64,000 nucleotides of DNA from NCBI GenBank assembly GCA_016190925.1, contig JACPPQ010000003.1, positions 1,531 to 65,530 of the forward strand. Reading direction: 5' to 3'. Numbering within the stretch: position 1 is the first letter of the stretch; each line of letters begins with the position of its first letter. Shown in pieces: positions 56,493 to 64,000 of this stretch. The position numbers were made by a program, and so were the translations under genes. Origin of the DNA: Chloroflexota bacterium (GTDB taxonomy: Bacteria; Chloroflexota; Dehalococcoidia; Dehalococcoidales; JACPPQ01). Under the pieces are notes generated by a model. That model did no database searches. It was not told where the DNA came from and saw nothing but the letters and a program-made list of their open reading frames with translations.

Positions 56493-57629
56493 CTAATCCA
56501 CCAGCGCCTTCGCCGCAAAGCTGGTAATATCTTCAATTTCGATATTCAATTCTTTCTCGTTCTTCATGGCGCATTTCAGGTGAATCTGGCATTTGGGACA
56601 TGAAGTCAGCAAGAGCCCTGCTCCGGTGGCTTTAGCCTCCCGCAAACGCTCTGCCTGTATCTGCTTATTGATTGTGCCGCAGTTCATCCACGCCTGCGTG
56701 CCGCAGCAAAGTGCGCTCGTTCGATTATGGGCCATCTCCGTCATTTTAAGGCCGGGTATGGCGGTAATCGCTGCCCGCGGCTGGTCATAGATGCCGGAGA
56801 ACCTGCCCAGACGGCAAGGGTCGTGGTAGGTCACTTTCTTCTTCGACGTGCGGAATTTTAGCTTGCCATCCGCTATAAAGTCGGCCAGGACCTGCGAAAT
56901 ATGCACCACCTCGAAATCAAGACTTCCCGCGTAACGAGGATATTCCTCCTTGAGTGTCAAATAGCACTCCGGGCAGGTAGTCACCACCCGCTTTGCCTTC
57001 GATTCCTTTAGTGCTCTAATGTTGTGCTCAGCCAGGCGCGCAAAGCCCTTCGTGTCTCCGGCCCAGAGCAAGTCGTGTCCGCAGCAGCGTTCGTTGGGCA
57101 GCACGGCAGGTTCGATACCCAGTGTATTGAACAGCTTGATAGCGCCTCTCGCGGCATCCAGCGTCCTGACCTCCAGGTCTGAAAACAGCACATCGAAGTA
57201 GGGCTGGCATCCGACGAAGAAAAGGACATCGGACTGAGCAGAGACCTTCAGGTTTTTGCCTACCCAGTCCAGCCGGTTCTGGCTCAGGTTATTGGCGGTC
57301 ATAATATGTGTCAAAGCTCTCAAAGCTCCGCCGTGGGTGCACTGGCCGGTGTTGCCCAGGGTGTGGGCCTCCGCTCGTAGCGACTTCATAAGCTCGGTGT
57401 AGCGCACGCCTGACTGGCACCTTTCTTCACACATGGAGCAGGTGATGCACGACCACAGCGCGCTGTTCTGGAGCATTTCATTGCCATTCTTGCTAAGCGT
57501 GCTGGACACCACCTTCCGCGGCGAGTACGAGGGGTCGTACTTCGAGATAGGGCAGGCAACGGTGCACCTGCCGCAGTCGAGGCAGGAATACGCCCGCGTT
57601 TCTGTAATTATCTGGTGGATTTCAGACAA
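56493..57629 (-). CDS. HdrC/HdrB fusion-type Fe-S protein (HdrD-like, two CCG domains)
   Basis: TTG start with GGAAGGAA upstream. Ferredoxin motifs CLDCGRCTVACP and CITCSMCEERC. CCG motifs NERCCGHDL and SALCCGTQ. Confidence 0.75.
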   Translation of the reverse strand: MSEIHQIITETRAYSCLDCGRCTVACPISKYDPSYSPRKVVSSTLSKNGNEMLQNSALWSCITCSMCEERCQSGVRYTELMKSLRAEAHTLGNTGQCTHGGALRALTHIMTANNLSQNRLDWVGKNLKVSAQSDVLFFVGCQPYFDVLFSDLEVRTLDAARGAIKLFNTLGIEPAVLPNERCCGHDLLWAGDTKGFARLAEHNIRALKESKAKRVVTTCPECYLTLKEEYPRYAGSLDFEVVHISQVLADFIADGKLKFRTSKKKVTYHDPCRLGRFSGIYDQPRAAITAIPGLKMTEMAHNRTSALCCGTQAWMNCGTINKQIQAERLREAKATGAGLLLTSCPKCQIHLKCAMKNEKELNIEIEDITSFAAKALVD

Positions 57630-57643
57630 AAAAGGTTCCTTCC

Positions 57644-60600
57644 TTAAGCCTTCGGTTTCACCATATCATTGTTTAAAGACGCTGGTGTGGAGTTGGTCTT
57701 TCTGATGCGCTTCGCAAAATCGGAAACCTGCCTGGTGAAGACCTCATCGCCACCGAGCGGCACCTCAATCAAAGACAGCCTGCCGGGCTCGATTCCAAGC
57801 AGGTGCAGCATCTTCCCCGCCTGTTCAAATAGCTCCATCGCCCTGGTCATACCTTCGTCATAATGGCATTCCTTCGGCGGACAGCCCAGGAGCATCACCC
57901 CATCTGTGCCCAGTTGAAACGCTTTCAGAACAAGACCCAGGTGCACCCGCCCCAGGCAGGGAAGCCTGACCAGTTTGATGCTGGCCGGGTACTCGGTACC
58001 GTGAAGTCCGGCAAGCTCCACCCCGGTGTAGGCGCTCCAGTTGCAGACAAAACCCACAATGCGTGGTTCAAAATCCAGATTGCTTTCATTTATACTACGG
58101 CATTCCGGCTCGGATGAAATTGCCTCAAGCGAGGCCGTTATTTGTGCATCAGTATTGTCATATTGGCTGAGTGCCCCTGATGGGCAATTGGCCACACAGA
58201 GCCCGCAACCGCGGCACAGGCCCTCGTCAACCTCGGCTATTTTTACTCCTTTCTCTTGTTCAGAAACCTTGATAGCGAGGAACGGGCAGACGGATTCGCA
58301 TGTGCCGCAGCCGCGACACCTCATTCGGTCAACGGCAGCGATGGTCTCTACTATCTCCATTTCTCCGCTGTTCAGCAGTATGGATGCCTTGCTGGCTGCC
58401 GCCGAACCCTGGATGACGGCTTCCACGGTATCCTCCGTTGCCTCGCCGGTCCCGCAGAGGAATATCCCCGGCAAACGGCTGCCCGCAGGCTCGGACAGGA
58501 GTTTTTCGTAACCGTTTCTGATGGCCTTCTGCAAAAATACCGGCAGCTTCGATGTCCTGCCGTAGAGCTCGCTGATGTCCAGGATAACCACGCCCGCCCT
58601 GAAGGAGTGCTCCTTTTCACCTTGAATGACGGTGGCATTATAGCCCCCCGCAGTAACGCTCAGGCTGGCAACCTGCGCTCCGTAAAGCACTGTTGCCCCC
58701 TTCTTTGCCAGTTCCTTTTGCAGGTATCTTTTTAGAGTGTCAGCCTGGCACAGAGAGCCTTCGCACGGGAGCTCAAAGTGGCTGTTCACCAGGATGGTCT
58801 CGAAGCCCTGCGCCGCCATATCTGCTGCCGCCTGCATACCGCTCAGCCCCCTGCCCAATACCAGGATGCCCTTTCCCAGGCCGAGTGTTCTCTTTCTGTG
58901 CGGCTGGCTTTGCCTGGCGCGTGCCACCCCTGCTGCAATGAGGCTTATAGCTTTGGATGTGGCTTTATCGGGCCTGCTGCGGTGCGCCCAGGCGCAGTGC
59001 TCCCTTATGTTTACGAACTCGTAAGAGATGCCATCGGCTTCCTTGCTGTTCAACAGATTCTGCTTACAACGGACGCGGCGGTCGGAGCAGCTGAAACATA
59101 TCTGGTCGAGATTGCAGCAAGAGCAAGCCGCCAGAACAACGTGTGTAAGGTTTTGCTCCTTCGCCACCTTCTTTATCTCGATGGCCGCATCGGAAGTGCA
59201 GGCGTAGCCAATCTCTCCGCAATACACCACCCCTTCGAGTCCTTTGCAATAGCTGACCGTTTCTCTGATATTAACCACCTCGCTGATGCTGCCTCCGCAG
59301 CAACACACGCAGACGCCTATTTTCGTTTCTCGATTGCCCAGTACGACTTCCAGTTCAGCCGGAGCTTTTCTGGTTTCCCTTTTAACTTCACCGGTGTCAG
59401 CGGAACGCACCGCCATGTCCACCATTACCCTGGCGGCCACAGCGGATGCCTCGGAAAGGACTCCGGTTTCCGGAGAGGGCGGAATCCAGTAGATGCCAGG
59501 ACGCCTGTTCACAGGCTGCGATTCTCCGCTATCATCCTTCAATTTGACCGAGGCGTGTTTCGGGACAGGGTTTTCGGTAGCTATAATGGCCTCAACATCG
59601 AGTTCGACCATCTCCGCTTTTGCACTGTGGTCTATCGCCCTCAGTTCACAGGCACGCTGGCATTCCAGGCAGGTGCTGCAACCGGCGCAATTCAGGCATC
59701 GTTTTGCTTCTTTCACCGCCATTTCGGCGTCGAACCCAAGCTCTACCTCTTCGAAATTGCCGACCCTATCCTTGTAACGCAGCAAAGGCATCTGTTGACG
59801 TTCCACCGGGGGGATATATGTCTGTTGGAGGTCTACCTCTACAGGAGTGAGTTTACCCTGACGTTCTGTGATTTGCTCGCCACGCAGGTAAGCATCGATG
59901 GAAACTGCCGCACGGCGTCCGGCGGCGATGGCGTTAATCAGGGGCCCGGGCCTTCCGGTGGCGTCCCCCGCAGCGAATACTCCGGGAACGCCCGTGGTCA
60001 TAGTGAGCGGGTCGACTACTACGTGTCTCTTGCCTTCGGTTAATGTGGAGTCTCCTTCGAGGAAGGAAAGGTCGGGTCTCTGCCCTACGGCGACTATCAC
60101 GGTATCCACGTCCATCACAAACTCGGAGCCCTCAATGGGTATGGGAGTGCGCCGTCCGCTCTTGTCCGGCTCTCCCAGCCTCATGCGGGTACACTCGATG
60201 CCTGTCACCGCTCCATCACTGCCGTGGATTCTGACCGGCGCCACCAGGTACTCGATTTTTACCCCTTCTTCCTGTGCCTCGGCAACCTCCTCGGGGTCGG
60301 CGGGCATTTCCTCGAGGCTGCGGCGGTAGAGAATGCTAACGTTCTCACAGCCAAGGCGGATGGCGGCGCGCGCCGAATCGACGGCGGTATATCCCCCTCC
60401 GATGACCGCAACTCTCCGGCCGATTGTAACCGGCTGCTTGAGGTTCAGAGCCTTCAGGAAATTGACGCCGTTGATTACTCCTGAGAGGGTCTCTCCAGGG
60501 ACGTTCAATCTCTGGTTTGTATGGGCGCCCGTGGTGATGAGTATCGCTTCATAGCCCTGTTTGCGAAGGTCGGCCAGCGTCAGGTCTTTGCCGATGGGCG

Positions 60601-61555
60601 TCGAGGTCCTGATTTCGATGCCCAGCTTCACAATATCATTGATGTCTGCCATGCGGACCTCGCGCGGCAAACGAAAACGGGGCATTCCGACAGCTATCAT
60701 GCCGCCAGCGACGGGCAGGGCTTCAAAAACGGTTGACTTGTGGCCCAGCCTGGCCAGGTCGCGGGCTGCGGTCAGTCCGGCTGGTCCCCCTCCGATGATG
60801 GCTACACGAGGAGGGCCGACAGGCTTGCGCGCTCCGTTCGATGTCTGAGCCCGTCTCAGGGAGAAACCGGTGGAGTTATTATCAGCGATGAACCTTTTTA
60901 AGTCACAGATAGACACCGGCTGGTCTATCTTGCCGCGGGTGCACTTGCTTTCACAGGGACGGGTGCAAATCCTTCCCAGTACACGCGGGAAGGGGACTGC
61001 CTCCGTTACCAGGTCCAGCGCTTCGGCGAACTTGCCTTTGGAGACCAGTGCCACGTACCCCTGAACATTGATTCCGGCCGGGCAGGCGGCGGTGCACGGA
61101 GCAACGCCGTTCTTCTCCAGCGTATAAGCCGAAGGCTGGGACTTCAATCCGAAGGCGGGGAGATGTATTGCTTTGTGTGCATTGAGGCCGTCGGGCTGGA
61201 GGCTGATATTCACCGGGCACTCTCGCTCACACCGTCCGCAGCTTGTGCAAAGGTCGCTGTTTACATAACCGGGCTGCTTCAGGATTGTGGCTTTGAAGTT
61301 GCCCCTCTTGCCTTTGACCTGCAATACGTCCGCACTGGTAACTACGTTGATGTTGCGGTGACTTGCGGCTCTCAGGATTTTGGGAATGTAGCGCAGCGTC
61401 GCTGCCTCGCTGGCAGGCTGGCTGCCTGCTGTTGAGGTTGGATGAAGGGCAGGCGACTCCTCAACCAGGGTGACTTCGATTCCTGCATCAGCAAGGTCGA
61501 GGGCAGCCTGCACGCCTTCGATGTTTCCGCCTATTACCAGCGCTCTCCTGCTCAT
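57644..61555 (-). CDS. Giant (1303 aa) multidomain flavo-Fe-S protein: HdrA-like + GltD/NfnB-like + HdrA-like + MvhD-like (HdrL-like)
   Basis: N-terminal ALVIGGNIEGVQAALDLADAG. GltD-like CTAACPAGINVQGY...VAIIGGGPAGLTAARDL...GVFAAGDA. Cys-rich VCVCCCGGSI...AACSCC. Ferredoxin motifs CRGCGTCESVCP and CRGCGLCVANCP. C-terminal VCNWSAYTGVEL...LLGCPPKECHY. Confidence 0.75.
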   Translation of the reverse strand: MSRRALVIGGNIEGVQAALDLADAGIEVTLVEESPALHPTSTAGSQPASEAATLRYIPKILRAASHRNINVVTSADVLQVKGKRGNFKATILKQPGYVNSDLCTSCGRCERECPVNISLQPDGLNAHKAIHLPAFGLKSQPSAYTLEKNGVAPCTAACPAGINVQGYVALVSKGKFAEALDLVTEAVPFPRVLGRICTRPCESKCTRGKIDQPVSICDLKRFIADNNSTGFSLRRAQTSNGARKPVGPPRVAIIGGGPAGLTAARDLARLGHKSTVFEALPVAGGMIAVGMPRFRLPREVRMADINDIVKLGIEIRTSTPIGKDLTLADLRKQGYEAILITTGAHTNQRLNVPGETLSGVINGVNFLKALNLKQPVTIGRRVAVIGGGYTAVDSARAAIRLGCENVSILYRRSLEEMPADPEEVAEAQEEGVKIEYLVAPVRIHGSDGAVTGIECTRMRLGEPDKSGRRTPIPIEGSEFVMDVDTVIVAVGQRPDLSFLEGDSTLTEGKRHVVVDPLTMTTGVPGVFAAGDATGRPGPLINAIAAGRRAAVSIDAYLRGEQITERQGKLTPVEVDLQQTYIPPVERQQMPLLRYKDRVGNFEEVELGFDAEMAVKEAKRCLNCAGCSTCLECQRACELRAIDHSAKAEMVELDVEAIIATENPVPKHASVKLKDDSGESQPVNRRPGIYWIPPSPETGVLSEASAVAARVMVDMAVRSADTGEVKRETRKAPAELEVVLGNRETKIGVCVCCCGGSISEVVNIRETVSYCKGLEGVVYCGEIGYACTSDAAIEIKKVAKEQNLTHVVLAACSCCNLDQICFSCSDRRVRCKQNLLNSKEADGISYEFVNIREHCAWAHRSRPDKATSKAISLIAAGVARARQSQPHRKRTLGLGKGILVLGRGLSGMQAAADMAAQGFETILVNSHFELPCEGSLCQADTLKRYLQKELAKKGATVLYGAQVASLSVTAGGYNATVIQGEKEHSFRAGVVILDISELYGRTSKLPVFLQKAIRNGYEKLLSEPAGSRLPGIFLCGTGEATEDTVEAVIQGSAAASKASILLNSGEMEIVETIAAVDRMRCRGCGTCESVCPFLAIKVSEQEKGVKIAEVDEGLCRGCGLCVANCPSGALSQYDNTDAQITASLEAISSEPECRSINESNLDFEPRIVGFVCNWSAYTGVELAGLHGTEYPASIKLVRLPCLGRVHLGLVLKAFQLGTDGVMLLGCPPKECHYDEGMTRAMELFEQAGKMLHLLGIEPGRLSLIEVPLGGDEVFTRQVSDFAKRIRKTNSTPASLNNDMVKPKA

Positions 61556-62109
61556 CCACCACCGCCGGCCTTCAGCTTCTCTAATCCGTGAGCATATCCT
61601 CGCTCGAAGGCTTTCTGGTTAAGCTCCTCCGTGCCCTTCGGCACCGAGCTAAGTAGCGACTTCTTTATAGCCTCTACTGACACCACTCTGGTAATGGCAG
61701 TCATAAATCCGAGCATCACTATATTGGCTACCGCGGTCCTGCCCAACTCCTGCGCGATTTTCGTGGCAGGAACGGCAAATACTCTGCCATTCAGAGTCTT
61801 TCCCGGTTTGACCAGGTCTTCATCGATGAGCAGCAGGGCATCTTCGGCCAGTCCGTCGGCATACTTGGTATATGCTTCCTGGGACATCACCGCTACTACC
61901 GATGGGTTCTCCACGTAAGGATAGGAGACCTGGTCGTCGGAGATGACCACCTGGGTGCGGCATGCCCCGCCCCTTGCCTCCGGCCCGTAGTCCTGGGTCA
62001 TGGTGGCATTCTTTCCATCGTATATGGAAGCCGCCTGTCCCACGATGTAGCCGGCAAGGATTATTCCCTGCCCCCCGAATCCACCCAGCACGATTTCTTT
62101 TCGAGTCAT
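61552..62109 (-). CDS. 2-oxoacid:ferredoxin oxidoreductase gamma subunit
   Basis: IVLGGFGGQGIILAGYIVGQAA...DYGPEARGGACRTQVVIS. The stop overlaps the start of the giant gene (ATGA at 61552-61555). Confidence 0.85.
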   Translation of the reverse strand: MTRKEIVLGGFGGQGIILAGYIVGQAASIYDGKNATMTQDYGPEARGGACRTQVVISDDQVSYPYVENPSVVAVMSQEAYTKYADGLAEDALLLIDEDLVKPGKTLNGRVFAVPATKIAQELGRTAVANIVMLGFMTAITRVVSVEAIKKSLLSSVPKGTEELNQKAFERGYAHGLEKLKAGGGG

Positions 62110-62164
62110 CCCTTTGTTACCTTAGCCAGTGTTTGGAAGTATAACCAATACAAATTGTTACGAA

Positions 62165-62400
62165 AATAGGGTTCTCTTGCCCCTTGTGGGAGAGAGTTAG
62201 GGTGAGGGGAAAATGCTCTCACCCTCACCTTTCCGCCTCAGGCGGACCCACGAACGATGAAAATCACAATGGTGTCATTGCGAGCGGCCGAAGGCCAGCG
62301 AAGCAATCCCTACCTTAGCCGTGTGATGCCGTTCAGTCTTTATAAATCAAACACCGAGATTGCTTCATCCCGCCAAAGGCGGGCGGATTCGCAATGACAT
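62165..62400. repeat. Repeat-filled spacer between the oxidoreductase beta and gamma genes
   Basis: gggagagagttagggtgagggg...ctcaccctcacc hairpin and tccgcctcaggcgga. 62274-62310 is GTCATTGCGAGCGGCCGAAGGCCAGCGAAGCAATCCC. 62358-62398 is an inverted copy with a nested cccgccaaaggcggg hairpin. Confidence 0.75.
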
Positions 62401-62504
62401 TTCATTTGAAGCTTTGCCTCTATTTTCTGGGTAAATTCCAAATATCAAGTTCCAGGACCACAAACAATTGGTTATTGAATTTTGTATCTTGGTTATTAAT
62501 TACC

Positions 62505-63374
62505 TTATTTCCGCTTTGCCCCGGTTGCAACAGCTTCCGCCCCGAATGTTTTTCCCAGTACCTGAGCTTGAATATCCGAGAACGTTGGCCGTTCGATATC
62601 CACAAACTTGCCCACGATTATCTTGCCGTTCTGTTCGATATCCACCTCTCTGGGGTCGGCGTCGTGTTTGATTATGCTGTTCTCGCGGTAGTATTTCATG
62701 TGGTCGAGTCCGGTTGGCTGGCGGTTCATCCGCCCGTACACCGTGGGGCAAGGGCTTATCGCCTCTACAAGACTAAAGCCTTTCTTAAGCAATGCTTCCG
62801 TGATTGACGTTTCCAGCCTGCGGACGTGCACAGCCGTCCACCGCGCAACATAGACCGCTCCGCTGGCTGCCGCCAGGTAAGGGATATTGAATGGTTGCTC
62901 GTAGTTTCCGTAGGGTGAGGTGGTGCTACGCGCGGTTAACGGAGTAGTGGGCGCTGCCTGCCCTCCGGTCATGCCGTAGGTGAAATTATTGACGCACAAT
63001 ACGGTCATATCCACGTTTCTGCGGGCGGCATGGATAAAGTGGTTCCCGCCGATAGAAAAGAGGTCGCCGTCTCCGCTGAAGACCACCACTTTCAGTTCCG
63101 GGTTTGCCAGCTTCAATCCTGTGGCGAAGGGGAGAGCCCTGCCATGCGTGGTGTGGAACGAGTCCAGCTTGATGTACCCCGCCACCCGGCCGGTGCAGCC
63201 TATTCCGGAGACTATCACAACCTTGTCCAGCGCCAGCCCGGACTTGAGCAGGCCGGTCAGAAAGACCTCCAGGACAGTGCCTATTCCGCAGCCGGGACAC
63301 CAGATGTGCGGTATGCGGTCGGTCCTTAAATAGGCGTCCATCGGGTGTTTATGGTTAAGGTTTATCCGGCTCAT
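62505..63374 (-). CDS. 2-oxoacid:ferredoxin oxidoreductase beta subunit (TPP-binding)
   Basis: Start re-set to MSRINLN (63374), an ATGA overlap with the alpha subunit stop. WCPGCGIG, GIGCTGR, SGDGDLFSIGGNHFIHAARRN. Confidence 0.85.
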   Translation of the reverse strand: MSRINLNHKHPMDAYLRTDRIPHIWCPGCGIGTVLEVFLTGLLKSGLALDKVVIVSGIGCTGRVAGYIKLDSFHTTHGRALPFATGLKLANPELKVVVFSGDGDLFSIGGNHFIHAARRNVDMTVLCVNNFTYGMTGGQAAPTTPLTARSTTSPYGNYEQPFNIPYLAAASGAVYVARWTAVHVRRLETSITEALLKKGFSLVEAISPCPTVYGRMNRQPTGLDHMKYYRENSIIKHDADPREVDIEQNGKIIVGKFVDIERPTFSDIQAQVLGKTFGAEAVATGAKRK

Positions 63375-64000
63375 CTGGCAGCCTTTCTTATGGCATCTAA
63401 AATCGTGTCTGGATGGTGTACGCTGCCGCCCATGTGTGGCACAGGAATAGTTTTTGCTGCGCCTCCGGCGCACCGTTCCACTTCGAGGGATATCTGCCCG
63501 CAATTGATTTCCGGCACCACGAATGCCTTCACCTTTTTAGCGAGCCTTTTGATTCTGCCTTCGGGGAAGGGCCAGACGGTCACCAGCTTGAGCATGCCTG
63601 CCTTGATGCCCTCTTGTCGCGCACGTTCGACAGCGAATTTCGAGATTCGCGCAGAGACGCCGTAGGAACAGACCACAACCTCGGCGTCTTCCGTGCCCTG
63701 CTCCTCGTACTCTATAATATCATCTTTGTTTACTTCTATTTTCTCTACCAGCCGCCTGATGAGCTTTTCCTGCTCCTCGGCGGTCATCACCGGATACCCC
63801 TTCTCATCGTGTGTCAAGCCAGTGGTATGAAAGCCGTAGCCTTCGCCGGCGATTGCCATGGCAGGCACAAGGTCGGCACCGGGCAGGTACGGAAGGTATT
63901 TTTGCGGCGGGACGTCCGGTTTGCGCCTGGTGTATAGCTCAATCTCCTCCGGCGGAGGAATGGTAACTTTCTCGGTCATATGGGCCACCGCTTCGTCAGC
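63371..64000 (-). CDS. 2-oxoacid:ferredoxin oxidoreductase alpha subunit (C-terminal part; the gene continues past the window end)
   Basis: The frame stays open to nt 64000 (ADEAVAHMTEK...). The region from VVCSYGVSARI to GGSVHHPDTILDAIRKA is typical of KorA/PorA domain II. Confidence 0.8.
   Translation of the reverse strand, partial: ADEAVAHMTEKVTIPPPEEIELYTRRKPDVPPQKYLPYLPGADLVPAMAIAGEGYGFHTTGLTHDEKGYPVMTAEEQEKLIRRLVEKIEVNKDDIIEYEEQGTEDAEVVVCSYGVSARISKFAVERARQEGIKAGMLKLVTVWPFPEGRIKRLAKKVKAFVVPEINCGQISLEVERCAGGAAKTIPVPHMGGSVHHPDTILDAIRKAAR

Overview
This is a bacterial window, marked as such by Sms-type RadA, TsaB and RsfS, and it appears to come from an anaerobe. The lineage cannot be fixed from sequence alone; the radA-ispD neighbourhood, DUF1616 and the Hdr/Kor genes fit a Chloroflexota-like or other sediment anaerobe. 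The window has four parts. (1) nt 1-36793 is a ~37-kb glycan-assembly island in two convergent blocks that meet at 9512-9517. It carries seven GT-B glycosyltransferases, a Wzx flippase, a 630-aa polytopic candidate polymerase and two UDP-GlcNAc 2-epimerases. It also carries a WbpB/WbpD/WbpE-like 3-amino-sugar pathway present both as split and as fused genes, and an ADP-heptose pathway packed into two fusion genes. The remaining genes are Glf, a pyruvyl transferase, a B12-radical SAM enzyme, an ATP-grasp protein, an AsnB-type amidotransferase, two methyltransferases, four deacetylase-type genes and an LpxD-like N-acyltransferase. (2) nt 37183-51219 holds housekeeping genes: DUF1616, menA-like, ubiE/menG, tsaB, a thioesterase, a HAD phosphatase, ndk, rsfS, endonuclease IV, radA, and a methylmalonyl-CoA mutase/epimerase/carboxyltransferase operon. 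(3) nt 51426-53371 is a small accessory islet with a Fer4_19-like protein, hicAB and an unknown 293-aa protein. (4) nt 53510-64000 is a minus-strand redox supercluster: korA-korB, then korG, a giant HdrA/GltD/MvhD fusion and an HdrCB-like protein, then HdrA-MvhD and a zinc-ribbon miniprotein. Three calls differ from the ORF track. ORFs 55474-56067 and 53653-55458 are one selenocysteine HdrA, joined by an in-frame UGA with a downstream hairpin. ispD is only a 66-codon stub. Several start codons were re-set. Nearly every long spacer after 36.8 kb is filled with a mosaic of short hairpin repeat modules, and none occurs inside the glycan island. I saw no rRNA, intact tRNA, transposase or convincing CRISPR array.
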